Positions 1 through 13,210 of a DNA stretch of 64,000 bases are shown piece by piece. The first letter of the stretch is position 1. Every line of letters begins with the position of its first letter. Both the position numbers and the translations under genes were made by a program. Where the stretch lies: contig MU008167.1 in the NCBI GenBank assembly GCA_010909165.1, forward strand, positions 1-64,000, read 5' to 3'. A model generated the notes under the pieces. That model had not been told where the DNA came from. It searched no databases and was given only the letters and a program-made list of their open reading frames with translations. The stretch comes from Anthoceros angustus. Its lineage: Eukaryota; Plantae; Anthocerotophyta.

Positions 1-2012
1 GAACGAGAAGTCCAAAGAACGGAGAATGCACAACTCCCTAGGAGGATAGGGGAGTTGGAGGAAGAAATGGCAAAGGAGAAAGGCCGCCATGAGTGGTGCA
101 GATATGTTGGCGGTGAGGGAGGGAGATTTCGGGCTGATTATGCCCTACAAGAGAGATTGATCCGCCAACCGCAATGAGAGGACGGAGAATGTGGCTCTCC
201 ATGTCAAGACCGTGAGCTGGCCTTGGAGCGAGATGCTTACAAAAGCAAGTGTGAGCATGGAGTATGGCTTGAGGATTACGAAGAATTGGAGATGGCACAA
301 CAACGATTTGCAGCCCATCTTCACAACAAGGTGCTCCACTAACGAGTTGTTGCGACTTGCCGAAAGGAGGATGTTGGGACCTCATGACGATGATAGGGAG
401 GCCCTCATGCAAGTCCAACCGAAGCCTTAGACTTGGAGAGTGTCCCAAGCAACAGGGGGTGGAGAAACTGCACTGTGGAGAAGCAAGCGGGAAGCTGCTG
501 TGGAGAGAATCACCCCTGTGAAGGGGTAAGGAAGAAGAAATGACCGTAGGAACTCCTACTGTGGTAGGAGGAGTTCCTACTGGAGAGGACTCCCACTGTG
601 GTAGGAGAAGGTCCTACCATGGTAGGGCCGGAAGAGCGGATTCAAGGTCGCTAGCATGGATTTGACGGCAAGGGAGGCGAGTACCTTGGCCTTGCAGAAA
701 GAAGGAAGAGGGGTTGATCTTGCAGAATGGAGCAAGAATCACAAGGAGAAGACCAACCTCCAACATGGGTGCAGGAAAGGAGCTCACTTGCTCCACAAGT
801 GAGAGGAAGAGGAGAAGTCGAGGATGAGCCGGGCTAAGAGAGCCCGGCTATTTTATTGGAGGAAGGAACTCAAGATAGGCATCAAGATAAGGAAGGGATT
901 CATAAGAAGTCCTTAAATTAGCTTGAAGACATGGGGCAAGATGCCACTTGGGAAGACTTTTCTTTAGAGGAGGACAGCATTAATGCTTGTCAAAGAGAGT
1001 GTTGACTAGCTAGATAGGAATGTTGACAGAGCCATTAAGGCTCACATAGGTGAATTTGCTAGAATAGAATTTTACCCAAGATGCTTGGATGTCGAACTTA
1101 AAGTCGACAATAGGATACACTAAAATAAGGAGTAAGGCTGCGGAGGGCGCTGTGAGGCTGTATGTGAGGACCTCCCTATAAAAGGAGGGAGCTTGTGAAG
1201 TAAAATTATCGTGTCTTGCGCCCCATCCTCCCGAGTCCTTCACTTTGTGTGAATTTCGCGCCGTGCAAGCCAACGCAGGTCCGTAGAGAGGGAGAACGCG
1301 CGGTGGAGTGCCGGGTGGAGGGCTTGCTCTGCAGTGCGCCCGCTAGCGCCTCCTTGTGAATGGTTGTGTGAATTGTTTTGCTTTGAGTGTGTGATGCTCA
1401 AGGAACTCTTTGAGGGTAGACTGCAGGAAAGACTCGGAGGTTCTCGCTCTGCAAACCACATAGCAACCGCCCAAGGAAGAACTCGACGACCCCTGTGTGG
1501 CCAGCCGTAAGGGCGAGTTGGAATTAATGAGCCAGAATTGGTGTTAGAGTAGGAGATTGTGGAGGAAGGAAGGGTAGATGAGTAGAGAAGAAGAGGGCGT
1601 TGTTGATTGAGAGAGTTGTGAGGAGGATTAGAGTGTAGGAAAACGGCCACAGTGCAGAGCCTAAGGGACGAATCCCAACTGCAAGTAAGAGGGCGCCCCT
1701 GTGGAGAAGAGTGTCTTAGGAGTAGGGACGGTTGCGGTGGGTCGTGGGGTCCCCGGCGCCGTGATGATCACCTTGTCGTTAAGACGAACTGCAATTGTGT
1801 GGTGTCGTTGTAGGTTGAGGTTGAGGCACGGGCGAGAAGGGCCAGAGGAGCGTGAGAGGCGCCTTGCTTGTTTAGAAGGTTGAGGTAGTGTGCGCAGTGT
1901 AGGATTTCTCAAGATTCGACTGCTCCAAGTCTCATGGGACAAACCCAACGTGACGAAACGAGGATAAGTGTGGCTTAGAGGGAATCTCGAGTGCCCGGGA
2001 TCTCCTCCCACA
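1..2012 (+). mobile_element. 3' part of Ty3/gypsy family A element (end of extra ORF, PPT, 3' LTR)
   Basis: Reverse complement of 2161-4150. PPT-like AGAGGAGGACAG at 966-977, then an LTR ending CTCCCACA at 2012. Confidence 0.8.
983..2012 (+). repeat. LTR, family A (copy 1)
   Basis: Homologous to 2161-3201 (minus), 8114-9339 and 18278-19483. TATA (CCTATAAAAGG) at ~1177; ends in CA. The 5' boundary is approximate. Confidence 0.75.
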
Positions 2013-2141
2013 CGTGGAGCTCCTCCTTCACAACGCAGGTTCCAGGACATGTAGGCCTCTTCCCAGACCCCGCTACCTCCTTACAAGATCTTCTCACCAC
2101 TGCAAGCTAGCAACGAAAATCTCAAAATTTCAGCTACCACA

Positions 2142-2157
2142 AGTCCCGACGGCGCCA
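2142..2157 (-). other. Primer binding site (TGGCGCCGTCGGGACT)
   Basis: Lies 3 nt after the LTR end ...CCACA on the minus strand. Begins TGG and resembles the TGGCGCCG-type PBS of Athila/Tat-group elements. Primer tRNA not determined. Confidence 0.8.
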
Positions 2158-2160
2158 AAA

Positions 2161-3201
2161 TGTGGAGGAAAACCCCGGGCACCCCGAGATTCCCCTCTAC
2201 ACTTATCCCACTGTCGCCAGACGCTGGGTTTCGTCCATGAGACTTGGGGAACAAATCTTGAGAATGTCACTACCTGACTACACACTACCTCAGCCTTCTA
2301 AACAAGCAAGGCGCCTCTCACGCCTCCCTACAGCTACGCCGCATCGCTCAGAACTCACCAAACCTCAACCTACAACGACACCACACAATTGGTGTTACGC
2401 CTCAAAGCAGGTGTCTATCACGGCGCCAGGGACCCCCGACCCACACCGCAACCGTCCCTACTCCTAAGACACTCTTCTCCACAGGAGCGCCTTACTTGCA
2501 GATTTGGGATTCGTCCCTTAGGCTCACTGCGGCCTCCGCTTTTCCTACACTCTAATCCTCTCACAACTCTCTCAATCAACAACGCCTCTTCTTCTACTCA
2601 TCTACCCTTCCTTCCTCCACAATCTCCCTAACACCAATTCTGGCTCATTAATTCCAACTCGCCCTTACGGCACAACCTGGGTCCGTCCGGAAATTAACGA
2701 GTTCTTCCTTGGGCCGGCTATGTGTGGTTTGCACGGCGAGAACCTCCAGGGAGTCTTTCCAGTCTACCCTCAAGCCGAGAGTTCCTTGAGCATCGCCACA
2801 CACTCAAAGCAAAACAATTCACACAAAGAACCATTCACAAGGGGAGCAGCAGGTGGGCGCAGAGAGCAAGCCTCCGCCACTCCGGGCGTTCTCCTCTCTA
2901 CCAGAACTGCTTGGCTTGCAGCTGACGAAATTCTGCACACAAAGTGAAGGACTCGGGAGGATGGGAGCGCAAGACACGATAATTTTACTTCACAAGCTCC
3001 TCCTTTTATAGGGAGGTCCTCACATACAGCCTCGGCGCGCCTCACGCCTTACTCCTTATTTTAGTGTATCCTATCAGACTTTAAGTTCGACATCCAAGCA
3101 TCTTGGGTAAAATTCTATTCTAGCAAATTCACCTATGTGAGCCTTAATGGCTCGCCAACATTCCTATCTAGCTAGTCAACACACTCATCGGGTGACAAGC
3201 A
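2161..3201 (-). repeat. LTR, family A (copy 2)
   Basis: Inverted homolog of 983-2012. TATA at 3004-3010, PPT at ~3208-3220, followed by the PBS. Confidence 0.75.
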
Positions 3202-3699
3202 TTAATGCCTCTCCTCCTCTAAAGAAAAGTCTTCCCAAGTGGCATCTTGCCCCATGTCTTCAAGCTAATTTAAGGACTTCTTATGAATCCCTTCCTTATC
3301 TTGATGCCTATCTTGAGTTCCTTCCTCCAATAAAATAGCCCGGCTCTCTTAGCCAGGCTCATCCTCGCCTTCTCCTCTTCCTCTCACTTGTGGAGCAAGT
3401 GAGCTTGCCCTGCACCCATGTTAGGAGGTTGGTCTTCTCCTTGTGATTCTTGCTCCATTCTGCAAGATCAACCCCTCTTCCTTCTTTTCCGCAAGGGCCA
3501 AGGTACTCGCCACAATCCATGCTAGCAGCCTTTGAATCCGGCTTCTTCAGCCCTCCTACCATGGTAGACCTCCTACCACGGTAGGAGTCCCTCCTACCAC
3601 GGTAGGAACTCCTACCACGGTAGGAGTTCCTACCGGGTCTTTCTTCCTCACCCCTTCCCGGGTGATTCTCTCCCTGAAGCTTCTCCGCTCACTTGCTTC

Positions 3700-6560
3700 T
3701 CCTGTGCAAGTTTCTCACCTGTTGCTTGGGACACTCTCCAAGTCTAAGGCTTCCGGTTGGACTTGCATGAGGGCCTCCCTATCATCGCCATGAGGTCCCA
3801 ACATCCTCCTCTCGAAGTCGCAACAACTCGTTAGTGGCCTTGAGCACCTTGTTGTGAAGATGGGCTGCAAATCGTTGTTGTGCCATCTCCAATTCTTCAT
3901 AATCCTCAAGCCATACCCATGCTCACACTTGCTTTTGTAAGCATCTCGCTCCAAGGCCAGCTCACCGGTCTTGACATGGAGAGCCACATTCTCCGTCCTT
4001 TCATTCGCAGCGGATCAATCTCTAGGGCATAAATCTCGCCTCCTCACCGCCAACATATGCCGCACCACCGCCTCATGACCTTCTCCTTTGCCATTTCTTC
4101 CTCCAACTCCCTATCCTCCTAGGGAGTTGTGCATTCTCCGTTTGGACTTGCTCCATTTCCAATCTTTGGACAAAATGTGTCCGTTCTTCCTTCAATTCCA
4201 GCCTCTGGATTTCTCCCAGCTCCTTTTCCATGTCACTAAGCTATGACCCGTGTGCGCCTACTTGCCTTTGTCTGTCCTCATTTGCCGCAGAGATTGCTCT
4301 CGTCTTGACCTTTCCTCCATTAGCAGCACTTGCTTGTCTTCCGCCTTCTTTTCCCATGTGCGCACCATGTGAGCAAGTTGCTCCACCTTCTCCTCTCGAG
4401 CCAATTGCTTGGTAAGAGCCTTGTTCTCCGAATATGATGGTTTGTTGTGCCTGCCTTCAAGACTCTTTCCAAGTGCTCCACTTGAGCTTCCATCCTCATA
4501 ACATCCTCCCGCCACTGGGTTTCCGCCTACCGCAATTTCCCTTGCTTGGTAGGTCCTTGTCTTCTCCGCCTCGTCTTCAAGAATTCAACTCTCCTCTTGG
4601 CCTCCTATGTCTACCTTGCTGAACATCTCCCTATGCGCAGATCTCCTCCAACATGTCTAAGTCTCCTTTCTTACCTCCGGAGACTCAAGGCCTGCCTTGC
4701 TCATGGGATCTTACATCCCTTGCTTCCCTATGATGAGCTCCCGCTCATCACTTGGTGGGCAACTCCTCCCACCGTGACTCCATCCGCCGCCCACCTAACG
4801 GGCCGGTTGCCTTCTTATCTCCCTTGGGAGCTTCCAAACCGTGACTTCCTTTCCTCCTACCGTGGTAGGAGGTGCTCCTACCAGGGGACTACTTCCCACC
4901 GTGGTAGGACTAATTCGCCAGTAGGTCTTGTCATGAGAGGACGAAAGGGGTCCCAAACCACCGTGGAACACCTCCCACCTCGCAGTGATTCCCCGCCATG
5001 GTAGGATCTATCCTACCTTCCATCTCCGCATCCTCCGGTCCAAACTTCAAATCTACAACTTCTCCTTGCAAGTCCTCCGCACATCCTCGGCCTATCTTTC
5101 GAGGGGATTCCTTCCGAATAATTGTGGGTGGTGCCGGCACCTCCTTAGCCGCAAAGCACCAAGCACTCTCCCCTCTCTCATAAGTACACAATGTTAAAGG
5201 GATGCTTGGAATCATCCAACTCCTTACTTGTGAGTAGCCCTCTACTTCCCACAAATGCACTAGATAAGTGCTAAGATAGCGGCCTTGACCTCTTCATCCG
5301 ACGCGTTGGGTTTCGAACTTTTCCGTGGTAGGTGTATGCTTCATACATGATGAGCCCCAATCCGGCCGCTCCTTGAGTGATCTTCCATAGAAAATGGAGG
5401 AAGGTAGTGAAATATGACACCCTTGGATTGCTCACCAAGCCCAAAACAATTCTTGTGAACAATCTCCACTTGGGCTCCAAGATTTGGTCCAACCGTTCTT
5501 GGACTTAGCCTTCATGCCCCTTGCATAAGTAAGGGCTGGGAAGATCCGCGTTGATGCACGCTTGCCTCGCTGCCTTCCATCAACGTGATTCCGCTATCCT
5601 CGCTATCCGGCCCGCCATATACGCGTATGCTCTACCAACACGTGGATCCGTGCGGCTTATCCGTAAGGCCACCTCTTCCGCCGCATTAGCAAAACACTCT
5701 TCTATCAATTCAAGGTTGGTGACCAATGTCGCCCATACACCCACTCTAGCTGATATATTCTCCTCTGCTGCCCAAGGTCGAAAGTCCGAAAGGTCTCTAG
5801 AGGATAGCTGGCCCATAGCACGTAACAAGGGCATGTCAAATTTCCACCCTCTCGATCCTCCTTAGACCTCTTGCCTCGCCACCTCCCTTGGTGGACGCTC
5901 CTTCCTAGCTACTACCTCCTTGCCCTTGGTCATGGTAGGCTTGGTCATGGCCTCCTTAGTACTTGCGAAATTGAAGAAAAGTGATGCCTGCACTGCACAC
6001 CGCCACCTTCCTATCCTTGCAAACGTTTCTCCTCCTGATTTGCTCTTGCTCACAGCTCAAAGGTCTTGCCTTGCTCTCCTCCTCAGTCCACCTTGCCCCA
6101 AACCCCGATTTCTCCGCAAGAGAAAGCTCACCAAAATTCTCCGGACTTTACACCGCAAATTTAGGAGCCCTTCCCACGGTTTCCTAGCAATCTTGCCACG
6201 CTCCACCCTCCTAGGCACCCTCACGAGCTTGGCAAGTGTTGCGCCCAACCTTCTTCTCCTTCTCTTCTTCCTCAATTCCTCGCTCTTTCTCTTGCGGGAC
6301 TTCCACCTCCTCACTGAGCTCACGCCCTTCTTCTTCACCTTGCCACAAGCCACCTGGCCTTGCACCTTAGCCTTCCCAAGCACCAACTCTGCTGTTATGA
6401 TTTGAAACGAAATTCTCCAAAGTTCCTCACGAGTCCTTACACTTGTGTCCGATTTGGGAGCTTTTCCTTCACGCAATCTGCCACGCCCCACCCTTCCTAT
6501 CGCTCCTGCAAAGTTAGGAGGTGTGGTGCCCCTGCACCTTCCCTTTCTCTTCTTCTGCAC
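3700..6560 (-). pseudogene. Frameshifted extra ORF of family A element, function unknown (basic N-terminus, conserved core, coiled coil, GPHxD block)
   Basis: Peptides GQLSSRDLSDFRPWAAEENI, KWRL...IMYEAY and HLWE align with the minus-strand ORF at 29250-32480. Confidence 0.6.
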
Positions 6561-7414
6561 CTCCTCTTGGCGCCCCGCCGCTTTTCTCCTCCGTTGCCCA
6601 ACCTCCCTTCCTCTCAGCTTAGCATGGGCGGGCGCGCTGCTGTATGGGGCCGAAGCTTGAGATGTGGTGGCGCCTTCGAGGGTGTCTCAGTTTTGAGAGT
6701 GGCCTGCAGCACCGCAGCCACTTTTATAAGTCACCCAAGGGTTAGAAAAGTAACTACCATTCTATCCTGCCCTTGGATGTGTGCCACGTGGCCCCTTTCT
6801 CACCGTTGATGTTAGTTTCCTAATTATATACTAAAATACCATTTCCCTATTTTCTAATTTCTACTGAAAATTAGCCTCTAATTTCTTAATTACCTATTTT
6901 GGCCTATTTATCTAGTCCACTAAAAGACCCTATATAGCAAGCCTATCCGCCTAAAACATAAGCTACTTTCCTTAGAACCTATCTCCTGTGTGGTAGGACA
7001 TCCTCCCATGGTGGTTCCCTTTCTCCTACCACGAGAGTTACGTGTAGGACCTTCCTACCCTCTCCTACCATGGTAGGAGCTTCCTACACCGTAGGTGATC
7101 AAAACACTAGCGGTCATTCTCCTACGGTGGATCTCTCCTACCTCCTACCATGGTAGGAGTTTCTCCACTGGACACCTCCTACCACTCATGTAGGTTACCT
7201 TTCTCCTCACCAGAAGGTCGTTTTGACCCGTTTCTTTTCCTGCATATCCTCTTTGCCTTCCCGACATGGTCCTACAACCCGCTCAAAAGGAGCAAAAATT
7301 TCCTTGCATGTCTTCACCAAACCATTTCTAGAAAAGAGCCCTCCAGCAAACTCACAAGCTGCTCAAACTTTATGCTCCACAGAATTGAGAAGAGCCGTGG
7401 TGGCAGAAGAGTCA

Positions 7415-7870
7415 GCATGCAAAGGAATGCAAAGGAAAGCTAGGACAAGGAAGTGAGAACTGCCTATAAAGAGAAGGAGGTGCATAAGGAGTTGTGTGAA
7501 GGATTTGAAGCACAATCAGAAGAGGGCAGCGAGCTGAATTTTGCGTGCCTAGGACCTTGCAAGTGAGGGATTTGGGCGCATAAGGAGTTAGGCCGTGAGG
7601 GCATCAAGTTTGAGCTAGGTGGGACCGTGGAGTGAAGAGGAAGTAAGTGAAAGGGCTGAAGTTGCTCTTGGTGGATTTTAAGTGAAGAAGGCTCGCAATT
7701 GTGTGTAGAAACCGAGGACTAGGTGAAACAAGGTGGGGTGCCCAAGCTTGTTGGGCTTATTGAAGGGTGCAAGATGGAAAGCGCACTAAGAAGGGCAAGT
7801 TGGGAGCCGTGAGAAGAGGAACTGAGGAAGGAGGGGGAGGAGACTGCTTGGTTTGGGAGCCCAACACATC
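7415..7870. repeat. Dispersed ~460-500 bp repeat, second copy at 14910-15410
   Basis: Shared GCATGCAAAGGAATGCAAAGGAAAGCTAGGACAAGG start, GCCCAACACATCCG end and colinear interior. Confidence 0.75.
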
Positions 7871-8113
7871 CGGCTGTGTATGGAAGGCCGAGAGGATGAC
7901 TTGGAGGAGGAAGAGGAAGGCATGGAGCAAGATCCGCCACGGGAGACCTTCTTGAGTGGGAGGCGTAGGAAGAAGTGACCCACGTCCAGGGAGGTGTAGA
8001 GGGTGGCCCTACATCAGGATCACCGGTGCGACGCATCTAGAGGTAATTGAAGAGGGTGGTGGTAGCTTGGAGGCTCATTGCTTGGGGAGACTTTTCTTTA
8101 GAGGACAGATTAA

Positions 8114-9339
8114 TGCTTGTCAACCCAAGAGGGTGTGTTGACTAGCGATAGGAATGTTGACAGAGCCATTAAGGCTCATAGGTGAATTTGCTAGAATAGA
8201 ATTTTACCCAAGATGCTTGGATGTCGAACTTAAAGTGAGGATACACTAAAATAAGGAGTGAGGGGCTGTGAGGGCGCGCTGTGGGAGGAGGTCAGATGTG
8301 AGGACCTCCTATAAAAGGAGGGAGCTTGTGAAGTAAAATTATGTCTTGCGCCTCCCACCGCGAGTCCTTTGCTCCTTGTGAAGGAAGTTCGTGCACCGCA
8401 AGCTAACGAAGGCCCGGGTAGAGAGGGAGTTTGACGGTCGGAGTGCTTGGCGAGAGCTCGCCTTGCGGCGCCCGCAGTTGCTCCTTGTGAATGGTTGCGT
8501 GAAATTGCTTTGCTTTGGGTGTGTGGCGATGCCCAAGGAACCCTCTTGAGGGTAGACTATGTGGAAAGACTCGGAGGTTCTCGCCGTCTGCAAACTCATA
8601 GCAACCCCGCCCAAGGAAGAACTTGTTGGCTTGTAGGCGCACTCCAGCTTGTGCCGTAAGGGCGAGCTAGGGCTGGAGCTTGAAGTAAGGTTAGATTAGG
8701 AGGATGAGGAGTTGAGTTGAGGTGAGTGTTGAGGAGAATGTGGAGCTGAATGTTGAGTAGAGGAGTAGGTAGAGATTAGGAGTAAGAAGAAGGCCCAAGT
8801 CGAGCCTAAGGGAGGGGTCCCAAATCGCACCAAACCGAGACCGAAGCGGGCTAAGGTCTCAAAATCACGGGTGGAGAAGTCGCGCCAGAGGGGGTCCCTA
8901 TGCGAGAGGACCTACCGCCGGGGGGACCTACGATCGTAGGATGTCGTTGTAGGTCCAGGAGTGGTGATTCACGAGCAAGGCGAGTGGCGTGGGCCGAGTT
9001 GGTGGTTGAGGTGTGCCAATTGTGGGAAGGCGATGGGAAAGGAATAGTGGAAGATCACGGGTGGTGAAGTCGCTGCAACGTAGGGGGTCCCCACGCGTAA
9101 ACCGACCCGCTGGGGTGTGGACCTACAGTAGGGTGTCGGGTCTAGAAGCGGTGATTGACGGAGCAGGTGGTGCCCTGTGGAGGAGTTGAAGTTGCTTGCA
9201 GGTGAGGGAGCTTGGGGTGAAGAGAGGGTGCCTTGATTTTGACCGACAAACAAGAGTCTCATGGGACGAAACCTATTGTTAGCGAGGGGGATAAGTGTGG
9301 CCACTAGAGGGTGAATCTAAGCCCCGGTTTTCTCCCACA
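8114..9339 (+). repeat. LTR, family A (copy 3)
   Basis: PPT-like AGAGGACAG at 8100-8108, TATA at 8310, ends CTCCCACA and is followed by the PBS. Confidence 0.75.
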
Positions 9340-9343
9340 TTTT

Positions 9344-9360
9344 TGGCGCCGGTCGGGACT
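9344..9360 (+). other. Primer binding site (TGGCGCCGGTCGGGACT)
   Basis: Directly after the LTR end; near-identical to the PBS at 2142-2157. Confidence 0.8.
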
Positions 9361-12300
9361 CTTTGCTTTGGCAAGTCGGGGAAGAGGCATGAACATTGTT
9401 GAGAATCTCTAATCGGGGATGAGAAGAAGAAGTTTTATTGCATAGAGAGGAGATCGCCCGCTGATTTTTGCAAGTGGTGTGAGAGTTGCATGACGGTAGA
9501 GGAAGAAGAGGAGAGAGCTCTCAGAGGAAGCTACATGTGCTAACATCTTCAAGGGTTCCGTTGAGGAAGAAGAGGTAGTTGTCTAAGAGCAAGAGGAGGT
9601 TGTGCTCACGGACAAGAGGAAGGAGGTTGTTGCCGAGGAGTTGCCGATCAAGGGTGAGGGTCAAGAACCGAGCCAGTTAATAATTTCAAGGTACATCTTC
9701 CGCTCTTGCAAGAGGAGGATTTTTTCGGCGTGGATTGTTGAGCTCTTCTAGCTCGAGTTGGTCGTCAAGAGGAGGAAGGCAAGAGGGTGAGATTTGGAGA
9801 AGTTGGGGTATGAGATCTAATGGAAGATTTCGCAAGGTCTTGATCGAATTATTGCCCACTCTGCCCTTTCAACCTTGCTTGTTAGAGGATCGAGGCGCTT
9901 GTGTGCCCAAGTCTGTATAGTACATCCCGCAGCAGGCATTTGTTACACCGTGACAGGGAATCTGGGAGGTGTGCCTGGTGGACGCCTTGACCATGAGTGG
10001 AGGAAGTGGAGGTGGTGGAAGTCACCACCCCACAGCCGCCAGCGGGAGATTTGGGGAGAAGAACAAGGTGAAGATGATGAGGCTTTTGTGCAAACTTTGA
10101 ACATATGACTCATGCGAATTTGGAAGCCTCAATCGTGGATTGTCTCCAAATTTTCCTAGAGGAGGTCATGCCCAGCGATAGTCACACGATGGAGCTGCAT
10201 CTTGGTTGGGATGATTTGAGAGCTGTATCTTTGAACCGGTTTGTGGCTTAAGCTATGCACATCACACGCTCCGCTGAGGACTCAAGGAAGAGGAGGGAGT
10301 CTTTGTATGATTACATAGAGGAGAGAGTACCACCACGGCCACCAAGGATGTAGCCTTCGCAAAAGCAAGGCCTATGGTATGACCTTTCTTGATAAAAGTT
10401 GGGAAAAAGGTAGGAAGGAGTTAGAGGGAACACATGTAGATCCATGTGCCATAGAAAAATTAGAGCTAGAATGTGGTAAGGTGGTGAAGATTTCTAAGTG
10501 TAGAGGAGATGGTAGAGTTTAAGAAGTGCGGGAAGAGCATGAGAATGGTTTCATTTTTCGAAAAACCGGAGAGCGACTTGAGGCCACAGATGACCGATTT
10601 CGACGAGGAGTTGGTTGCCACACCTGAAGGGGAGGACGTGAGCATGTTGTAGACGGCCTAAGGATTGATCAGCAAGACTTGTTGCCAGCAGAGAGGCCAA
10701 ATGAGCAAGAAGGAGCGCAGTGAAAGGCCGCAGCAGGACAACTGGAACCGAGAGAGGATAAGGGCGCCAGCATGGGCGCGAGGAGGAGGCTGAAATGCTC
10801 CTCAAGGGTGAGTAGTCAAGAGGGCTGCAAGTGGAGGCCATCACGATGGCAAAGAAAGAAGCAAAAAAGAGAGCACAAGAGGAAGGCGCCCACTTGGCGA
10901 GGTCAGAAGCCAGGCGCCATGAGGCCGCAAGGAGGAGAAGGCCCTAGGGAGGTGGACACGCCAGAGGGCGAAGGAGGAGATGCGCTTCATGAAAAGTTTG
11001 AGCAGAAACTGCAGAAGGGAGAGTTGGCAGATCTGTGGGCAATCACTCAAAATTCGACCATGGAGGTGCAGCAAGGCGAGGAGGTCGCCATGGGAGCGCA
11101 ATCTGGACCTGGACATGAGGCTAGGCCAACAAGAAGGGAGGAAATCGGAACTTGGTTGGAAGGGAGTCACAACGACCGTGCGAAAACTTGCGATTGGCAA
11201 AGCAGGAGGAAACGGTTTTGTGAATGAGGTTGAGCATGCCGAGCAACAACGTGGTTTGCTGGTAAGCGAGCTAGCAAGAGACCACAACGGTGGCAAGGAT
11301 GATGGAGAAATTGCGAAGAAATCACAATTTGGAGGAAGGAGAAGTGGCACACAAAAATGGTGTGCTGAGGAGCTGTGTGCGCTAGAGCCCAGGAGCGAGG
11401 ATGGCTCTATGGTGATGTGTATGAAGGAGGATTGTGGAGAAATCACACCTCAAGATATGCTTGCAGTGGAATTGCAAGAAGGAGCGTCGACCAATTCACG
11501 GTCGATTGCGGAAATTGCCGTGAAACCGCAACGTAAGGAGATCGCTGCTAGAGCGTGATCTAGGGCTAGACATGAGTCTAGAAGGTCGGGAGATGGTGTA
11601 CCAGCGATGATGCACAGGTCCACGACCTGCAGGCACGGATGCCTGCAGCATCGACATGCAGGGAGAAGCTAGTTTTGTGAGCCGAGTTGAAGGCGGGGTT
11701 GTGGCCACAGCACCAACATCCACTGGTGAACAAGCTAGATGGAAACAAGCAAGGCGTGGCTGGCCTAGAGGCTGAAGAGCAAGTCTTGATGCTGTTGGAA
11801 AGCCCAGGATCCGTGAAGGGAGTTTTGTGCAGGAGATGCTGCAACCTAATGAATTGGGGATTCCGAGCGAGGAGAAAGGGTGAGCAGTCAAGAGGGCTGC
11901 AAGTGGAGGCCACGAAGTTGGCAAAGGGAGAAGAGAAACGGAGAAATCGGAGGACTCCCACACATGGCGGTGTGGGAAGAGTATGATGGAGCCTCGGAGT
12001 AGGGACGGCTCGAGGATGGTGTGCATGGAAAGAAGCGGTGAAGAAACCGCTGCGATCAAGGGAGCTTGCAGAAAAGGAATTGGCGAATTCATGGGCGCCA
12101 AGGAAGCCACTTTTGTGGAGGTACGGCATGTCGAGAGTATTGTCGAGGAGCGCGAGCTAGCTCGGGCCAGAGCCTAAGGTTATCATGGCGACCACCGCTG
12201 CAAGAAGAGCAAGTTGACGAGGCGTGGATACCGCAGGCTGGCCGATGCAAGGAGCAAAGGCCCACGGGTCATAATGTACATGCTGTAGTGTCCGGCAGGG

Positions 12301-13210
12301 CGGGTGAAGTGGCAAAAGTGCATGCAAGAGGTTGGAGGCCATTATTAGTGTAAATCACGGTGAAGAAGATCTTAGATGCAGCATTGTGGGCTTACAGAAA
12401 GCGGAGAAAGTGACTACCAAGAAGACTCTATTATTTAACGATGGGGATGTCTCCGTGATGCTTGAATTTGAGGTACCTACCTATAGATCATGGAGGATGA
12501 GCGATAATCAGAGGAGAGTCGAAGTTAGACTAGAGTCTTTCATAGAGCATGAGGAATGTAGGGAAGAGGCTTTAGAAGAAACCCATAATCTGTGGAGCTT
12601 AGAAAGGAGAGGCATGATGGGAATTAAGGAAGCAAGAGGCTATCATGGCCGGGATTTGGTTCTTCTATATGATGGTCGTTACATGGATTTCCTGGAAGCT
12701 TAGGACCGATGTGGTGGTGGTGGTATGAGAATGGATCCGCAAACACGCAGGCCGGATGGGGATTTGCTACCCAGAGTGAATGGGTGGAAGGTTAAGAAGC
12801 ACCTTCAAGAGTCTGTGTTGAGGACGCAAACAGTGAGGAGGGGAGTATGTGGAATGCAAAAGTTTGGGCAATCGGTTTAAGTGAGTTGTTTTTGAACAGT
12901 CCAATTTTTGATAGAAATGGTTTGGTGGAAACATGCGAAATGTTTTGTTCCGATTGAAGCCGGATGGGGATGTCAAGGCAGAGGATACTTAGGGAAAAGA
13001 AACGGATCAAATGACCTTCTAGTGAGGAGGGTAGGAGACATATGTGAACGGGAGATGTCCCACTAGGAGGTATCCTACCACCGAGAAACTCCTACCACGG
13101 TAGGAGAAACTCCTACCACCGTAGGTATGGGTAGGAGAATGTCCCACCACCGTAGGTAAGCGGCCTAGCGCTTTTGATGACCCACCCACAGGAGTAGCTC
13201 CTACCACCGG
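9361..13210 (+). mobile_element. Degenerate internal region of family A element (gag-like remnant, integrase remnant; no RT/RNase H motifs seen)
   Basis: Follows LTR and PBS. RESLYDYIEE gag-like peptide at ~10290-10325, integrase motifs at 12060-12760, diverged internal duplications (10810 vs 11880; 11380 vs 11990). Confidence 0.6.
12060..12760 (+). pseudogene. Ty3/gypsy integrase remnant (core and GPY/F-side region)
   Basis: QGSHF, KVTTKKT...EFEVPT, EECREEALE and GRDLVLLYDGRY match non-chromovirus integrase motifs. Confidence 0.75.

Larger units (their letters stand above)
2142..7385 (-). mobile_element. Family A Ty3/gypsy element, 3' half (post-integrase linker, extra ORF, PPT, LTR, PBS)
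   Basis: 7000-7380 is the inverted homolog of the post-integrase region 12850-13200; the extra ORF and LTR follow on the minus strand. Confidence 0.7.

Noticed and set aside
983-3201. Short ORF-track entries within LTRs and GA-rich regions
   Set aside because: Not conserved in frame between LTR copies and no recognisable motifs.
3700-6560. Extra ORF as an envelope gene
   Set aside because: The position fits, but no convincing transmembrane segment or signal peptide is visible.
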